Of a stretch of 52,571 bases of DNA, positions 27,110-36,762 are shown piece after piece. The notes under the pieces were generated by a model that saw only the letters and a list, made by a program, of their open reading frames with translations, made no database searches and was not told where the DNA came from. Made by a program: the position numbers and the translations under genes. Source of the stretch: an uncultured Oscillospiraceae bacterium (GTDB taxonomy: Bacteria > Bacillota > Clostridia > Oscillospirales > SIG519); NCBI GenBank assembly GCA_964520885.1, contig CAZFQD010000001.1, positions 1 through 52,571 on the forward strand. The letters run 5' to 3'. The number at the start of each line of letters is the position of its first letter. Within the stretch, counting starts at the first letter, position 1.

Positions 27110-27472
27110 ATTGTTGAGAACAATATAAATATTATTGCAAATTACAAGGAATACATAAAGGTTATAAATTATTGCATAATGCCAAATCACATTCATTTGT
27201 TGTTGGCAATTTGTAGGGAACGCATTGTATGCGTTCCGAATGAAAACCGAACCAAAATGGAAATTTCAAAAATAATACAGCAATTTAAAGCATCAGTTTC
27301 AAAACAATGTAGTGCAATCAATAATAACGGAACGCATACAATGCGTTCCCTACAATGGCAAAAATCATATTATGACCACATAATCAGAAACAAAAAAGAC
27401 TATAAAGAAATTTATGAATACATAGAAAATAACCCTTTAAAATGGGAAAACGATAAATATTATTGCAAGTAA
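27110..27472 (+). pseudogene. 5'-truncated RAYT/IS200-like (Y1 HUH) transposase remnant with embedded palindromes
   Basis: The in-frame stretch ..YKEYIKVINYCIMPNHIHLLL (HUH motif) opens only after TGA 27107. The C-terminus is WQKSYYDHIIRNKKDYKEIYEYIENNPLKWENDKY. Perfect hairpins GGAACGCATTGTATGCGTTCC (27216-27236) and its reverse complement (27328-27348) lie inside the reading frame. Confidence 0.65.
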
Positions 27473-27481
27473 ATATTAATT

Positions 27482-27539
27482 AAAGAAAATAGTTTTGATA
27501 CCATAATTGTTAATTGTTCCTTGTTAATTGTTCATTGCA
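27482..27539 (-). repeat. Core (inverted) + heptamer array upstream of yggS
   Basis: AAAGAAAATAGTTTTGATACCAT is the reverse complement of the core. (AATTGTT/CCTTGTT)x5 at 27505-27539. Confidence 0.6.
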
Positions 27540-27551
27540 AAGGTGATTTTT

Positions 27552-28247
27552 ATGAGTATTTGCGAAAACATTAAAGAAATTAAATATAATATTGAACAAG
27601 CCACTCAAAAAAGCGGCAGAAATGTTGATGATATTTTACTTTTAGCAGTAACTAAAACAGTTCCAGCAAACATAATAAAAGAAGCAATTAATTGCGGTAT
27701 TACTGAAATTGGCGAAAATAAGGTTCAAGAATTAGTATCAAAATATGAGCAATTAGGTTCGCTTACCAAGTATCATTTTATTGGCACACTGCAAACAAAT
27801 AAGGTTAAATATTTAATGAATAAAGTAGAACTTATTCATTCTGTGAACAGCTTGAAATTAGCACAAGAAATAAATAAGCAATCAAATAAAAATAATATTA
27901 TTTCTGATATTTTAATTGAAATAAATATTGGGGATGAGTTATCAAAAAGCGGAGCAAATAAGCAAGATATTTACAACTTATTGCAAGAAATTAGTGTTCT
28001 TTCTAATATAAGGATTAAAGGTTTGATGACAATTCCACCTTATTCGCAAGATTTAGCCAAAACAAGAGAATATTTTAAAAGAATGTTTAACATATTTATT
28101 GACATTAGACAGAAAAAATTAGATAATGTATATATGGATTTATTATCTATGGGAATGTCAATGGATTATATAGTTGCAATAGAAGAAGGTGCAAACATAG
28201 TTAGAATAGGAAGTAAAATATTTGGCCAAAGAAAAAAGGAGGATTAG
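27552..28247 (+). CDS. yggS: YggS/YlmE-family pyridoxal-phosphate homeostasis protein
   Basis: Start at MSICENIKEI after an AAAGGTGA RBS. LLAVTKT (PLP lysine), HFIG.LQTNKVK and a TIM-barrel-length ORF. Lies in the division-cluster context. Confidence 0.85.
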   Translation: MSICENIKEIKYNIEQATQKSGRNVDDILLLAVTKTVPANIIKEAINCGITEIGENKVQELVSKYEQLGSLTKYHFIGTLQTNKVKYLMNKVELIHSVNSLKLAQEINKQSNKNNIISDILIEINIGDELSKSGANKQDIYNLLQEISVLSNIRIKGLMTIPPYSQDLAKTREYFKRMFNIFIDIRQKKLDNVYMDLLSMGMSMDYIVAIEEGANIVRIGSKIFGQRKKED

Positions 28248-28249
28248 AA

Positions 28250-28672
28250 ATGGGAATAGGTGATCAGTTTAAAAAAATCTTGGGGCTACCAGAGGACGAA
28301 GAAATTGAAGAAGAAACTGTCGATACTATTGATGAGGAACAACCTCAAAGCAGGCATAAGACAAGAGCAAACGAAGGTGGCTTAAGTCATGGTACTAAAA
28401 TGCAATTTGTATTAGTCAAGCCAGAAAAATATGATGAGTGCATTCAAATTGGAAATCATCTTTTGGAAAGAAAAACTGTTGTTCTTAATTTAGAGGCTAC
28501 CGGTAAGGATGTTTCAAGAAGAATTGTTGATTTCTTATCAGGAGTTGCTTTTGCCTTAAATGGACAAATAAAAAAGGTTTCTGTTGCTACATACATTATT
28601 GTTCCTACTAATGCTGATATTTCAGGCGATGCTTTATATGAAATTGAAGGCGGAGGATTTTCTGTAAATTAA
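28250..28672 (+). CDS. sepF: Cell division protein SepF
   Basis: 140 aa. Acidic N-terminus and a conserved C-terminal domain (..VVLNLE......RRIVDFLSG...AL.G.I.KV....YI..P). Confidence 0.85.
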   Translation: MGIGDQFKKILGLPEDEEIEEETVDTIDEEQPQSRHKTRANEGGLSHGTKMQFVLVKPEKYDECIQIGNHLLERKTVVLNLEATGKDVSRRIVDFLSGVAFALNGQIKKVSVATYIIVPTNADISGDALYEIEGGGFSVN

Positions 28673-28757
28673 GAATCTTAAAATGACAATTGAAATGCTT
28701 AACTTTTCAACTTAAATTGTTAATTGTTGGTTTTATTTAAAACGGAAGGGTAGTTTT

Positions 28758-29039
28758 TTGTTTATGATTTCACAAAGTGCAGTTTTAATGGCTTTCTCTT
28801 GGCTATTATCATGCTTAGAAGTATTAATTCTTGCAAGAGTAATTTTATCACTTATTTTTACTTTTACGCATAAAGAATGGAAAATAACAGCTATCGTTAT
28901 TGCAATAACGGAGCCATTTTTAGCACCAGTAAGAAAACTTTTAAATAAATTTGAAGCAATAAAGAAATTGCCAATAGATTTATCTATTTTGGTTGTTTGG
29001 TTATTAATTGATTTTATTAGAAGTATAGTAATAGGATAA
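28758..29039 (+). CDS. yggT: YggT/YlmG-family membrane protein
   Basis: ~90-aa two-TM protein in the conserved position after sepF. The start is either TTG 28758 or ATG 28764. Confidence 0.75.
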   Translation: MFMISQSAVLMAFSWLLSCLEVLILARVILSLIFTFTHKEWKITAIVIAITEPFLAPVRKLLNKFEAIKKLPIDLSILVVWLLIDFIRSIVIG

Positions 29040-29150
29040 GTATAAAAAATTAGTAATTATGAATTAGGAATAAAAGTATGGCTTTGTCACTTGATATTAA
29101 TTTAAGTCAACTTTGGCACACATTAATTATACAATGCAAAAAAAAATAAA

Positions 29151-29930
29151 ATGGGAGTGAGTTTTGTGTTTAATCCTCAAGATATTGAAGAAAAAACCTT
29201 TGAAAAGGCGTTTATTGGTGGTTATAAAGCAGAAGATGTAGATGATTTTCTTGATGGGCTTGCAGTAGATTACAAGAGAATGTTTGTTGAAAATGCTGAG
29301 ATTAAGAAAAAGATTGTAATTTTAGCCGAAAAAATTGAGGAATATAGAAAAAGTGAAGAAACTATTAAAACAGCAATCATATTTTCTCAAAAGTTAAAGG
29401 AAGATTCCACAAAGGAAGCCCAGAATATTTCTGAGAAAATTTTAGCAGACACAAAAGCCGAAGCAGATGAAATAATTAAAGAGGCTCAAGATAAATCAAA
29501 GGAAATATATGATGATGCAGATAGATTTGTTGAGGTTACAAAGAAAACAAATGCCGATTTAATTCAAAGGGAAAACGATGCTTTAAATGCAATTAAAAAA
29601 GAAGTATCGGATTTTAAAACACAACTTCAAACTATTTACAAATCTCATTTAAAGGTTATTATGTCCTTGCCAAATTATGAGGAACCTATAAAATCAAAAG
29701 AGAATGTTCAAATTGAAAAAGAAATTGAGCAAGTTATAGAAAAAAAAGAAGAAATATTAGAAATAGTTGAAAAAGTTGAAATAATTGAAAAAGTTGAAAA
29801 CAGTGATGATGTTTCTAATGAGAAAATAAATATTGCACTTAATATTAAAGAGGAGCCAGACGAGGACGAGGAGCCAATCGTTTTATCAAAGCCAATTAGT
29901 ATTGATTTTGAAATTACACCTAAGGAATAA
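29151..29930 (+). CDS. divIVA: Cell division/septum-site protein DivIVA
   Basis: N-terminal FNPQDIEEKTFEKAFIGGYKAEDVDDFLD lipid-binding motif, a coiled coil and an acidic tail. The real start may be GTG 29166, which follows GGGAGTG. Confidence 0.85.
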   Translation: MGVSFVFNPQDIEEKTFEKAFIGGYKAEDVDDFLDGLAVDYKRMFVENAEIKKKIVILAEKIEEYRKSEETIKTAIIFSQKLKEDSTKEAQNISEKILADTKAEADEIIKEAQDKSKEIYDDADRFVEVTKKTNADLIQRENDALNAIKKEVSDFKTQLQTIYKSHLKVIMSLPNYEEPIKSKENVQIEKEIEQVIEKKEEILEIVEKVEIIEKVENSDDVSNEKINIALNIKEEPDEDEEPIVLSKPISIDFEITPKE

Positions 29931-29963
29931 TTTTTTATATTACAAAAGGGGAGTATTAATATA

Positions 29964-32753
29964 ATGCCACAGGATTACAATCAAACTTTAAACCTGCCAA
30001 AAACGGATTTTCCAATGAGGGCAGGTTTGCCACAAAGAGAGCCGGAATTATTAAATAAATGGTCGCAAGAAAAATTATATGAAAATATTTTAAAGCAAAA
30101 CAATGAAAAGCCACTTTACATTTTGCATGATGGACCGCCTTATGCTAATGGCGACATTCATATAGGACACGCATTAAATAAAGTTTTAAAGGACATTGTT
30201 GTTAGATATAAAAATATGTCAGGTTTTAAGGCTCCTTATGTTCCCGGCTGGGATACTCATGGCTTGCCTATTGAACTTCAAGCTATAAAAAGCTTAGGAA
30301 TAAATAGAGCAAATACTGATGTATTGGAGTTTAGAAAGCATTGCAAGGATTTTGCATTAAAATATGTAGCAAATCAAAAAGAACAATTTAAAAGGCTCGG
30401 TGTAATTGGCGATTGGGATAATCCCTATTTAACTTTACAACCTGAATTTGAAACAAAGCAAATAGAAATTTTCGGTGAAATGGCTAAAAAAGGGTATATT
30501 TATAAGGGCTTAAAGCCTGTTTATTGGTGCCCCCACGATGAAACTGCTCTTGCAGAAGCAGAAATAGAATATGCTGAAGATACAAATAATTCTGTATTTG
30601 TAAAGTTTAAAGTAACAGATGATAAAGGCAAATTGACTGCTTTAACTAATGAAAAGTGCGACAATATGTATTTTGTTATTTGGACTACTACAATATGGAC
30701 TTTGCCGGGCAATGTTGCTATTTGTGTTGGACCTAAATATAAATACTCTCTTGTTAAATGTAATAATGAAATTTTAATATTAGCAAACGAATTAATAAAA
30801 AGTGTAATGAAAGCCACAAACATTGATGATTATAAGGTTTTAGCCGAAATAAACGGAAAAGACCTTGAATTAATGAGTACACAACATCCTTTTTTAGACA
30901 AGCAATCACTTGTTATAGTTGGTGACCATGTAACTTTAGAAGCTGGAACAGGTTGTGTTCACACAGCACCGGGACACGGTGTGGATGACTTTATTGTTTG
31001 CCAAAATTATAAACAACTAAAAATAGTAGTCCCCGTTGATAATAAAGGGGTTATGATTGCTGATGCCGGAAAGTTTGCTGGGCTTTATTATAAAAAAGCA
31101 AACAAGGCAATTTTTGAAGATTTGCAGGAAACAAATGCACTTTTAGCAACAGAAACAATAATTCACCAATACCCTCATTGTTGGAGATGTAAAAGCCCGA
31201 TTTTGTTTAGAGCGACGGAACAATGGTTTTGTTCAGTAGAAGATTTTAAAGAGCAAGCTATAAAGGCTTGTCATAGTGCCAAATGGGTTCCTGCTTGGGG
31301 CGAGGATAGAATTGTAAGTATGATTAAGGATAGAAATGATTGGTGCATTTCAAGGCAAAGAGTTTGGGGCGTTCCAATTCCTGTTTTCTATTGCAAAAAA
31401 TGCGGAAAATATATTATTAATGATGAAACTATTAATGCCGTATCAGAAAAATTTAGATTAGAAGGCTCTGATGCTTGGTATAAATATAGTGCAAAAGAAC
31501 TTTTGCCAAATGGTATTTCTTGTGAATGTGGGCATACTGAATTTAGAAAAGAAACTGATATTATGGATGTTTGGTTTGATAGTGGCTCCTCTCATAAAGC
31601 AGTGCTTGAAACAAGAGAGGGTTTAACAAGCCCTGCTGATATGTATTTAGAAGGGAATGACCAATATAGAGGTTGGTTTCAGTCCTCTTTGTTGACTTCG
31701 GTAGCAACAAGCGGAATTGCTCCTTATAAAACAGTTTTAACTCATGGCTTTGTAGTGGATAAAGAAGGTAAAAAAATGTCCAAATCACAAGGCAATGTTA
31801 TTAGTCCACTTGATATAATAAAAGAATATGGGGCAGATATTTTAAGGCTTTGGGTGGCAAGTTCTGATTATACTGTGGATGTGAGGATTTCAAATGATAT
31901 TTTAAAGCAGTTATCTGAGGTTTACAGAAAAATAAGAAACACCGCAAGATTTATTTTAGGAAATATTAATGATTTTAATCCAGATAATGATATGGTGGAA
32001 TATTCAAAAATGCCAGAACTTGATAAATGGGCATTAATCAAACTTAATGCCTTAATTGAAAAGGTTAACAAAGCATATAACGAGTATGAATACCACACTG
32101 TTTATCACTCTATTCACAATTTTTGCGTTGTTGATATGTCGAATTTTTATCTTGATATAATAAAGGATAGGTTATATTGCGAAAACGCCTCTTCGGTTGA
32201 TAGAAGAACTGCTCAAACGGTAATGTATATTATACTTGATGCGTTGGTTAAAATACTCTCGCCCGTGCTTTGCTTTTCTGCTGAGGAAATTTGGCAGTTT
32301 ATGCCTCATACAAGTGATGTAAAAAAACAAAGTATTTCCTTTAACCAAATCCCAAAGATTAATACTCTATATGTAGATAATATAATTTCAGAGCAATTTG
32401 ATAAACTCTTAGAAATAAGAGAGGATGTTAAAAAAGTTCTTGAAATAGCAAGAACAGCAAAAACAATTGGCTCTTCGCTTGAAGCGAAATTGGTTATTTA
32501 TTGCAATCAAGAAAAATACGATTTTCTAAACGGAATTGAAGACTTTTTAACAACCGCCTTTATTACCTCACAAGTGCAACTTGTAAAGGGAGAAAACAAG
32601 GACGCATTTATAGGCGAGTATAGTGGAATTGCTGTTGAAGTTAAAAAAGCCGACGGCTTAAAATGTGAACGATGCTGGGTATTTAGCACAACGGTAGGGC
32701 AAAGCGAAAAGCACCCGACGCTTTGTGAAAGATGTACAAAAGTAGTCGGTTAG
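29964..32753 (+). CDS. ileS: Isoleucine--tRNA ligase
   Basis: HIGH motif (PYANGDIHIGHALNK), KMSKS motif (GKKMSKSQGN) and a C-terminal zinc-finger CERCW...CERC. Confidence 0.95.
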   Translation: MPQDYNQTLNLPKTDFPMRAGLPQREPELLNKWSQEKLYENILKQNNEKPLYILHDGPPYANGDIHIGHALNKVLKDIVVRYKNMSGFKAPYVPGWDTHGLPIELQAIKSLGINRANTDVLEFRKHCKDFALKYVANQKEQFKRLGVIGDWDNPYLTLQPEFETKQIEIFGEMAKKGYIYKGLKPVYWCPHDETALAEAEIEYAEDTNNSVFVKFKVTDDKGKLTALTNEKCDNMYFVIWTTTIWTLPGNVAICVGPKYKYSLVKCNNEILILANELIKSVMKATNIDDYKVLAEINGKDLELMSTQHPFLDKQSLVIVGDHVTLEAGTGCVHTAPGHGVDDFIVCQNYKQLKIVVPVDNKGVMIADAGKFAGLYYKKANKAIFEDLQETNALLATETIIHQYPHCWRCKSPILFRATEQWFCSVEDFKEQAIKACHSAKWVPAWGEDRIVSMIKDRNDWCISRQRVWGVPIPVFYCKKCGKYIINDETINAVSEKFRLEGSDAWYKYSAKELLPNGISCECGHTEFRKETDIMDVWFDSGSSHKAVLETREGLTSPADMYLEGNDQYRGWFQSSLLTSVATSGIAPYKTVLTHGFVVDKEGKKMSKSQGNVISPLDIIKEYGADILRLWVASSDYTVDVRISNDILKQLSEVYRKIRNTARFILGNINDFNPDNDMVEYSKMPELDKWALIKLNALIEKVNKAYNEYEYHTVYHSIHNFCVVDMSNFYLDIIKDRLYCENASSVDRRTAQTVMYIILDALVKILSPVLCFSAEEIWQFMPHTSDVKKQSISFNQIPKINTLYVDNIISEQFDKLLEIREDVKKVLEIARTAKTIGSSLEAKLVIYCNQEKYDFLNGIEDFLTTAFITSQVQLVKGENKDAFIGEYSGIAVEVKKADGLKCERCWVFSTTVGQSEKHPTLCERCTKVVG

Positions 32754-32802
32754 GAGTTAGTAATGAAATGATAAATGACAATTGTTTAAAGGAGATGAAG
32801 AA

Positions 32803-33069
32803 ATGCCTGAACTTTGCAGATTTGAAGGTATGATAATTAAACTTATTTTTGGCGATAATGTTCAACATAACAAGCCACATATACATGTTTATTTTGCAGA
32901 ATTTGAAGCTTCAGTTGGAATAGATGGTGAACTATTATCAGGTTCATTACCGGTAAAAAAACTAACAATTTTACAGGCTTGGATGATATTACACGAAGAT
33001 GAACTTTATAAAGCTTGGAATAAAGCAGTAAGAAACGAGCCTTTTGGTAAAATTGAGCCTTTAAGATAG
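32803..33069 (+). CDS. DUF4160 family protein
   Basis: Start at ATG 32803 after an AAGGAG RBS. MPELCRFEGMIIKLIFGDNVQHNKPHIHVYF is the family-typical N-terminus. Confidence 0.75.
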   Translation: MPELCRFEGMIIKLIFGDNVQHNKPHIHVYFAEFEASVGIDGELLSGSLPVKKLTILQAWMILHEDELYKAWNKAVRNEPFGKIEPLR

Positions 33070-33081
33070 GAGGTATTCAAC

Positions 33082-33381
33082 ATGTATATTATTGACGGTA
33101 TTGCTTATGCAGGTGAGCCAAAGCCCCCCATAATTGTTAAGGCGGCTCGCTCACTTGACGACTATAAATTATGGATTCGTTTTGCAAATAATGAGGAAAA
33201 AATATTTAATTTTACACCTCTTTTAAATTATCCCTGTTATACTCCTTTAAAAGATAAATCCGTGTTTGATAAAGTGTATATAGATTTTGGTTGTCCAGTT
33301 TGGAACAATGGAGAAATTGATATTGCTCCGGAATTACTTTATAAAGATGGAATGCCAACAGGAGAAAATACCAATTCTTAA
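33082..33381 (+). CDS. DUF2442 family protein
   Basis: 99 aa. LWIRFANNEEKIFNF..LL and W.NGEIDIAPELLY are typical of DUF2442. A GGAGG RBS is present and the gene lies 12 nt after the DUF4160 gene. Confidence 0.75.
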   Translation: MYIIDGIAYAGEPKPPIIVKAARSLDDYKLWIRFANNEEKIFNFTPLLNYPCYTPLKDKSVFDKVYIDFGCPVWNNGEIDIAPELLYKDGMPTGENTNS

Positions 33382-33398
33382 TTGGCACATAATTCTTC

Positions 33399-33472
33399 AG
33401 CATAACAGTAGGGCAAAGCGAAAAGCACCCGACGCTTTGTGAAAGATGTGCAAAAGTAGTTGGTTAGGAGTT
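33399..33472 (+). pseudogene. ileS: Displaced copy of the ileS 3' end (partner 32685-32758)
   Basis: 74 nt with 4 mismatches and no indels. Includes the TAG stop and the first heptamer unit. Confidence 0.85.
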
Positions 33473-33505
33473 GGGAATTAGGATTTAGGAATTAAGAATA
33501 AAATT
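33464..33505 (+). repeat. Heptamer array (TTAGGAG/TTGGGAA/TTAGGAT/TTAGGAA/TTAAGAA)
   Basis: Six consecutive 7-nt units read directly from the sequence. Confidence 0.55.
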
Positions 33506-33536
33506 AGATTTTATAAGTTACAAAAATTATAACAAT

Positions 33537-33573
33537 AAAAATCTCACTTTCAATTTTGAAGGTGAGATTTTTA
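33537..33573. terminator. Bidirectional terminator between the ileS region and the convergent beta-propeller gene
   Basis: 10-bp stem AAAATCTCAC/GTGAGATTTT with A/T runs on both sides. Confidence 0.6.
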
Positions 33574-33605
33574 ATTATTTGATTAGTAAAGTTAAAGTTT
33601 TAAAA

Positions 33606-35762
33606 TTATTTTAAATTCAAACGATAAGTTTCCTTTAATGAATTGTAATCATAAGTAATTAAAACTCCACGAATAGAAAGATAAACATTATTATTAATAT
33701 ACAACACTCTTGAATTATTATAATAAGAGTTTTCATTTAAATTGTCAGGCAATAATCTGCCTTTTTCAACAAGTTTATTATCTTTTACCGATACCATAAT
33801 AGCACCCTCACGATAAATCCCCCCATTGTTGTAATCAATGTTACCATCAGTTCCATTAATATATGCCGGGAAAAGTGCAGTGGTTTTATTATTCCACCAA
33901 ACAAAAGCTCTTGGATTATATTGTGCTTCGGACGATGAACCAACTCCACCAAAAACTAAATTATCAAGTTCTTTTGGTTTTTTAGGGTCTGAAACATCAA
34001 ATAATGATGCCTTTAAGCCACCAACTCTATTTCCAACTACTGTTTCTTTGCCATCTTTATCCTTTGAATATATTTCTACAGTATCAACACCAATACCCAT
34101 TAAGAGATTAGCACTAACAGGATGAAGATAATTAGAAAATCCGGGAATTTTTAGTTCGCCTAATACCTTTGGTGCATTAGGATTTGATAAATCAATAACA
34201 AATAATGGGTCCATATTTTTAAATGTTACAATATACGCTGTTTTGCCCATAAATCGAACTGATTTAATGGTTTCACCGACAGCCAAGCCTTCAATTTTTC
34301 CAGCCAATTGCAAATTGCTATTTAATACATACAAATTATTAGTTGCCCCATTTTGTCCCCACTTTGTAGTGGCAATTCTAAAAGTGCTACCAAATTCATC
34401 CATACTATATTGATTTAATATTTGTCCGGGAACCTCGCCTGCTACAATAAATTTTACAGAAGTTTCGGTAATATCAAATTTCATAATTACTGTTCCTTCT
34501 TCGGCAGGTGCAATTATTTCAGATTTAATTGATGGATTTATCTCTTTAATTCCATCAACCGCAGTTACTGTTCCATCTGCTGATGTAACAGTAGTTTGAG
34601 ATGATAATTTTTGTTGTCTGTAATAAGGTGAAACAATATACAAAGAACTATTACTCATATATAAATTACTGCCTGCACCTAAGATTGTTTCAACTGAAAC
34701 GGGGTTATTATTATTTATATCAAATATAGAAATTAATAGAAAGTTTTGAGAAATATTTTCAGGACAATATTGAATACTTTCTGCTTTTATTACAATGTTA
34801 TCTTTTCCCTTAACACTATCAGAATAAAAGGGTAAAATCTGTTGAGGTTGCACTTGCGAAATTGGATAATGTTGTATATATTTATTAGTTACAATATAAA
34901 ATTTGCCATCCTTTTCACGAGTGGATAAAATACTACCATCAAAGGTTAATTCCCGATTAAGAACTGGCTTTTCTTTATTTGAAACATCGTAAACTTTAAC
35001 CATTGTAGTTTGATAACCCATATAACGCATATCGGCAGTTTTGCCCATTGAAGGAGAATCAATAGCAGGTTCAATCTGAGCGAAAGTGTCAGGCTCACCT
35101 TCAATTTGAGTTGATTTTGAACCAATAATAGTAAGTAAATTGCCCTTTAAATAAATTTCACTAATATATTCATTAGTGGCTAAAACTATACTGCCAATAT
35201 TTTTAGGCTGTGGATTAGCCGCAACAATAAAAACCTTGTTGCCACTAACAATATAAATAAACTCACCATCATTTTTGATAATATCTCCCTCGTCAACACC
35301 GCTAACCTGAGTGTTAGTGGAAGAATAGTCTGCACTGTCAGATGTTGTTTGTGCTTCAGGTGCACCTGCAACTGATTTTGCATTATCTGTTGTGACCGAT
35401 TGAGATTGAGCATAATCGTATGTTGTGGTATTGCCTTCATATAAAACACCCATACTTTTTAGCAAACTAACCATCTCAGCATAAGTTTTAAATTTTGGTA
35501 GTTTAACTTCTTGATTAATTTTAATAATTGCAGGACTACTTTTTAAAGTTTCTCCCGAAATTAAAGGAACTTTATCAGCAGTATTACTTGAATTTTCCGA
35601 ATTGCTTTCTGATTGCGTTATTGAACCGCTTGAATTTGAGTTTTGAATTGAAGTATTTGCCTTTTTAAACCATCCAAAAACATTCGCCAAAATTAAAATT
35701 CCAAAAACAATAGTCATAGCCGTTGAAGATGCTAAAATAATTAATAATCTTTTTTTATTCAT
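33606..35762 (-). CDS. Secreted beta-propeller domain protein (Beta_propel family)
   Basis: Start at ATG 35762 (GGAGG RBS; MNKKRLLIILASS signal anchor). Family-typical TNTQVSGVDEGDIIKNDGEFIYIV, and a C-terminal propeller with DPLFVIDLSNP. Confidence 0.8.
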   Translation of the reverse strand: MNKKRLLIILASSTAMTIVFGILILANVFGWFKKANTSIQNSNSSGSITQSESNSENSSNTADKVPLISGETLKSSPAIIKINQEVKLPKFKTYAEMVSLLKSMGVLYEGNTTTYDYAQSQSVTTDNAKSVAGAPEAQTTSDSADYSSTNTQVSGVDEGDIIKNDGEFIYIVSGNKVFIVAANPQPKNIGSIVLATNEYISEIYLKGNLLTIIGSKSTQIEGEPDTFAQIEPAIDSPSMGKTADMRYMGYQTTMVKVYDVSNKEKPVLNRELTFDGSILSTREKDGKFYIVTNKYIQHYPISQVQPQQILPFYSDSVKGKDNIVIKAESIQYCPENISQNFLLISIFDINNNNPVSVETILGAGSNLYMSNSSLYIVSPYYRQQKLSSQTTVTSADGTVTAVDGIKEINPSIKSEIIAPAEEGTVIMKFDITETSVKFIVAGEVPGQILNQYSMDEFGSTFRIATTKWGQNGATNNLYVLNSNLQLAGKIEGLAVGETIKSVRFMGKTAYIVTFKNMDPLFVIDLSNPNAPKVLGELKIPGFSNYLHPVSANLLMGIGVDTVEIYSKDKDGKETVVGNRVGGLKASLFDVSDPKKPKELDNLVFGGVGSSSEAQYNPRAFVWWNNKTTALFPAYINGTDGNIDYNNGGIYREGAIMVSVKDNKLVEKGRLLPDNLNENSYYNNSRVLYINNNVYLSIRGVLITYDYNSLKETYRLNLK

Positions 35763-36006
35763 AATAAATTCCTCCAATTTATTTAGTTTTTGCTCTTTAA
35801 TTTAATCTACAACTATTTAGACTATAAAAATAGTAAAAAGTTCCCGTTTATTAAAAAGTATTTCATATTAAGATTATATCATATTAATTTTAATGTGCAA
35901 CACAAAATGGCACTCTCGTTTTTTGTTGACTAAGGTATATTTTTGTGATAATATTAAACAAATTAAAAAGATTTTCAATTGTTTTTCGGAAGGAATTGAG
36001 TTTTAA

Positions 36007-36708
36007 ATGGTAAACCAACTTTCAAGACTATTAATTTTATTAAGACAAGAAAAGGGAATATCACAAAAAAAAGCCGCAGATGCTTTGGAAATTTCTCAAG
36101 CCTTGCTATCCCATTATGAAAAGGGAATTAGAGAATGTGGCTTGGATTTTTTGATAAAGGTTGCTAATTTTTATAATGTGTCCACCGATTACTTATTGGG
36201 CAGAACAGCCGATAGACAAGGCGCCATTTTTTCATCAGAAGATATCCCCGATGAAAATTCAATGGGAAAGGAAAATATTTATAAGGGTAGTGTTTTGTCT
36301 ACCTTAAATAAAAGATTAATATTTAATTCATTAAACATTCTTTTTGACCTTTTGCAAAAAACCAACAATAAGCAAATAGTAAATGAGGTTTCCACTCATA
36401 TAATGCTTTCGGTTTATAGAAATTTTCGCTATATATATTGCTTAAATGAGGATAATCCAACAAGCCTTTTTGCCGCAGATAATGCTGTTTTTTCTCATTT
36501 ATGTAACTGTGCAGAAAATATGGCTGAGTTAAATGTTAGTTGTTTAACTAATTATAAACAATCAAAAAGTATTAAACCAATAAATATTGAAAAAGAAAAA
36601 TTTACTTTAAATCAACAAGAAATAGAGAGGCTTTATCCTTTGTATGCGTCGTCATTGCTAAATTTAATTCAAAATTGCGAAACAAAAATGAATGTCAGAA
36701 AAAAGTAA
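36007..36708 (+). CDS. XRE-family HTH transcriptional regulator with uncharacterised C-terminal domain
   Basis: N-terminal HTH LRQEKGISQKKAADALEISQALLSHYEKG, then ~160 aa with no recognised motif. Confidence 0.8.
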   Translation: MVNQLSRLLILLRQEKGISQKKAADALEISQALLSHYEKGIRECGLDFLIKVANFYNVSTDYLLGRTADRQGAIFSSEDIPDENSMGKENIYKGSVLSTLNKRLIFNSLNILFDLLQKTNNKQIVNEVSTHIMLSVYRNFRYIYCLNEDNPTSLFAADNAVFSHLCNCAENMAELNVSCLTNYKQSKSIKPINIEKEKFTLNQQEIERLYPLYASSLLNLIQNCETKMNVRKK

Positions 36709-36727
36709 AAATTAATAAGACAAAACA

Positions 36728-36762
36728 AAAAATGGGCGAATAAAAACCGCCCATTTTTTTTA
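36728..36762. terminator. Terminator after the XRE gene (bidirectional shape)
   Basis: AATGGGCG AATAAAAAC CGCCCATT followed by T8, with an A-run upstream. Confidence 0.8.

Noticed and set aside
29931-29963. Expected T-box leader upstream of ileS
   Set aside because: Only 33 nt separate divIVA from ileS, which is too short for a T-box. ileS appears to be co-transcribed with divIVA here, and absence alone is not strong evidence of anything unusual.
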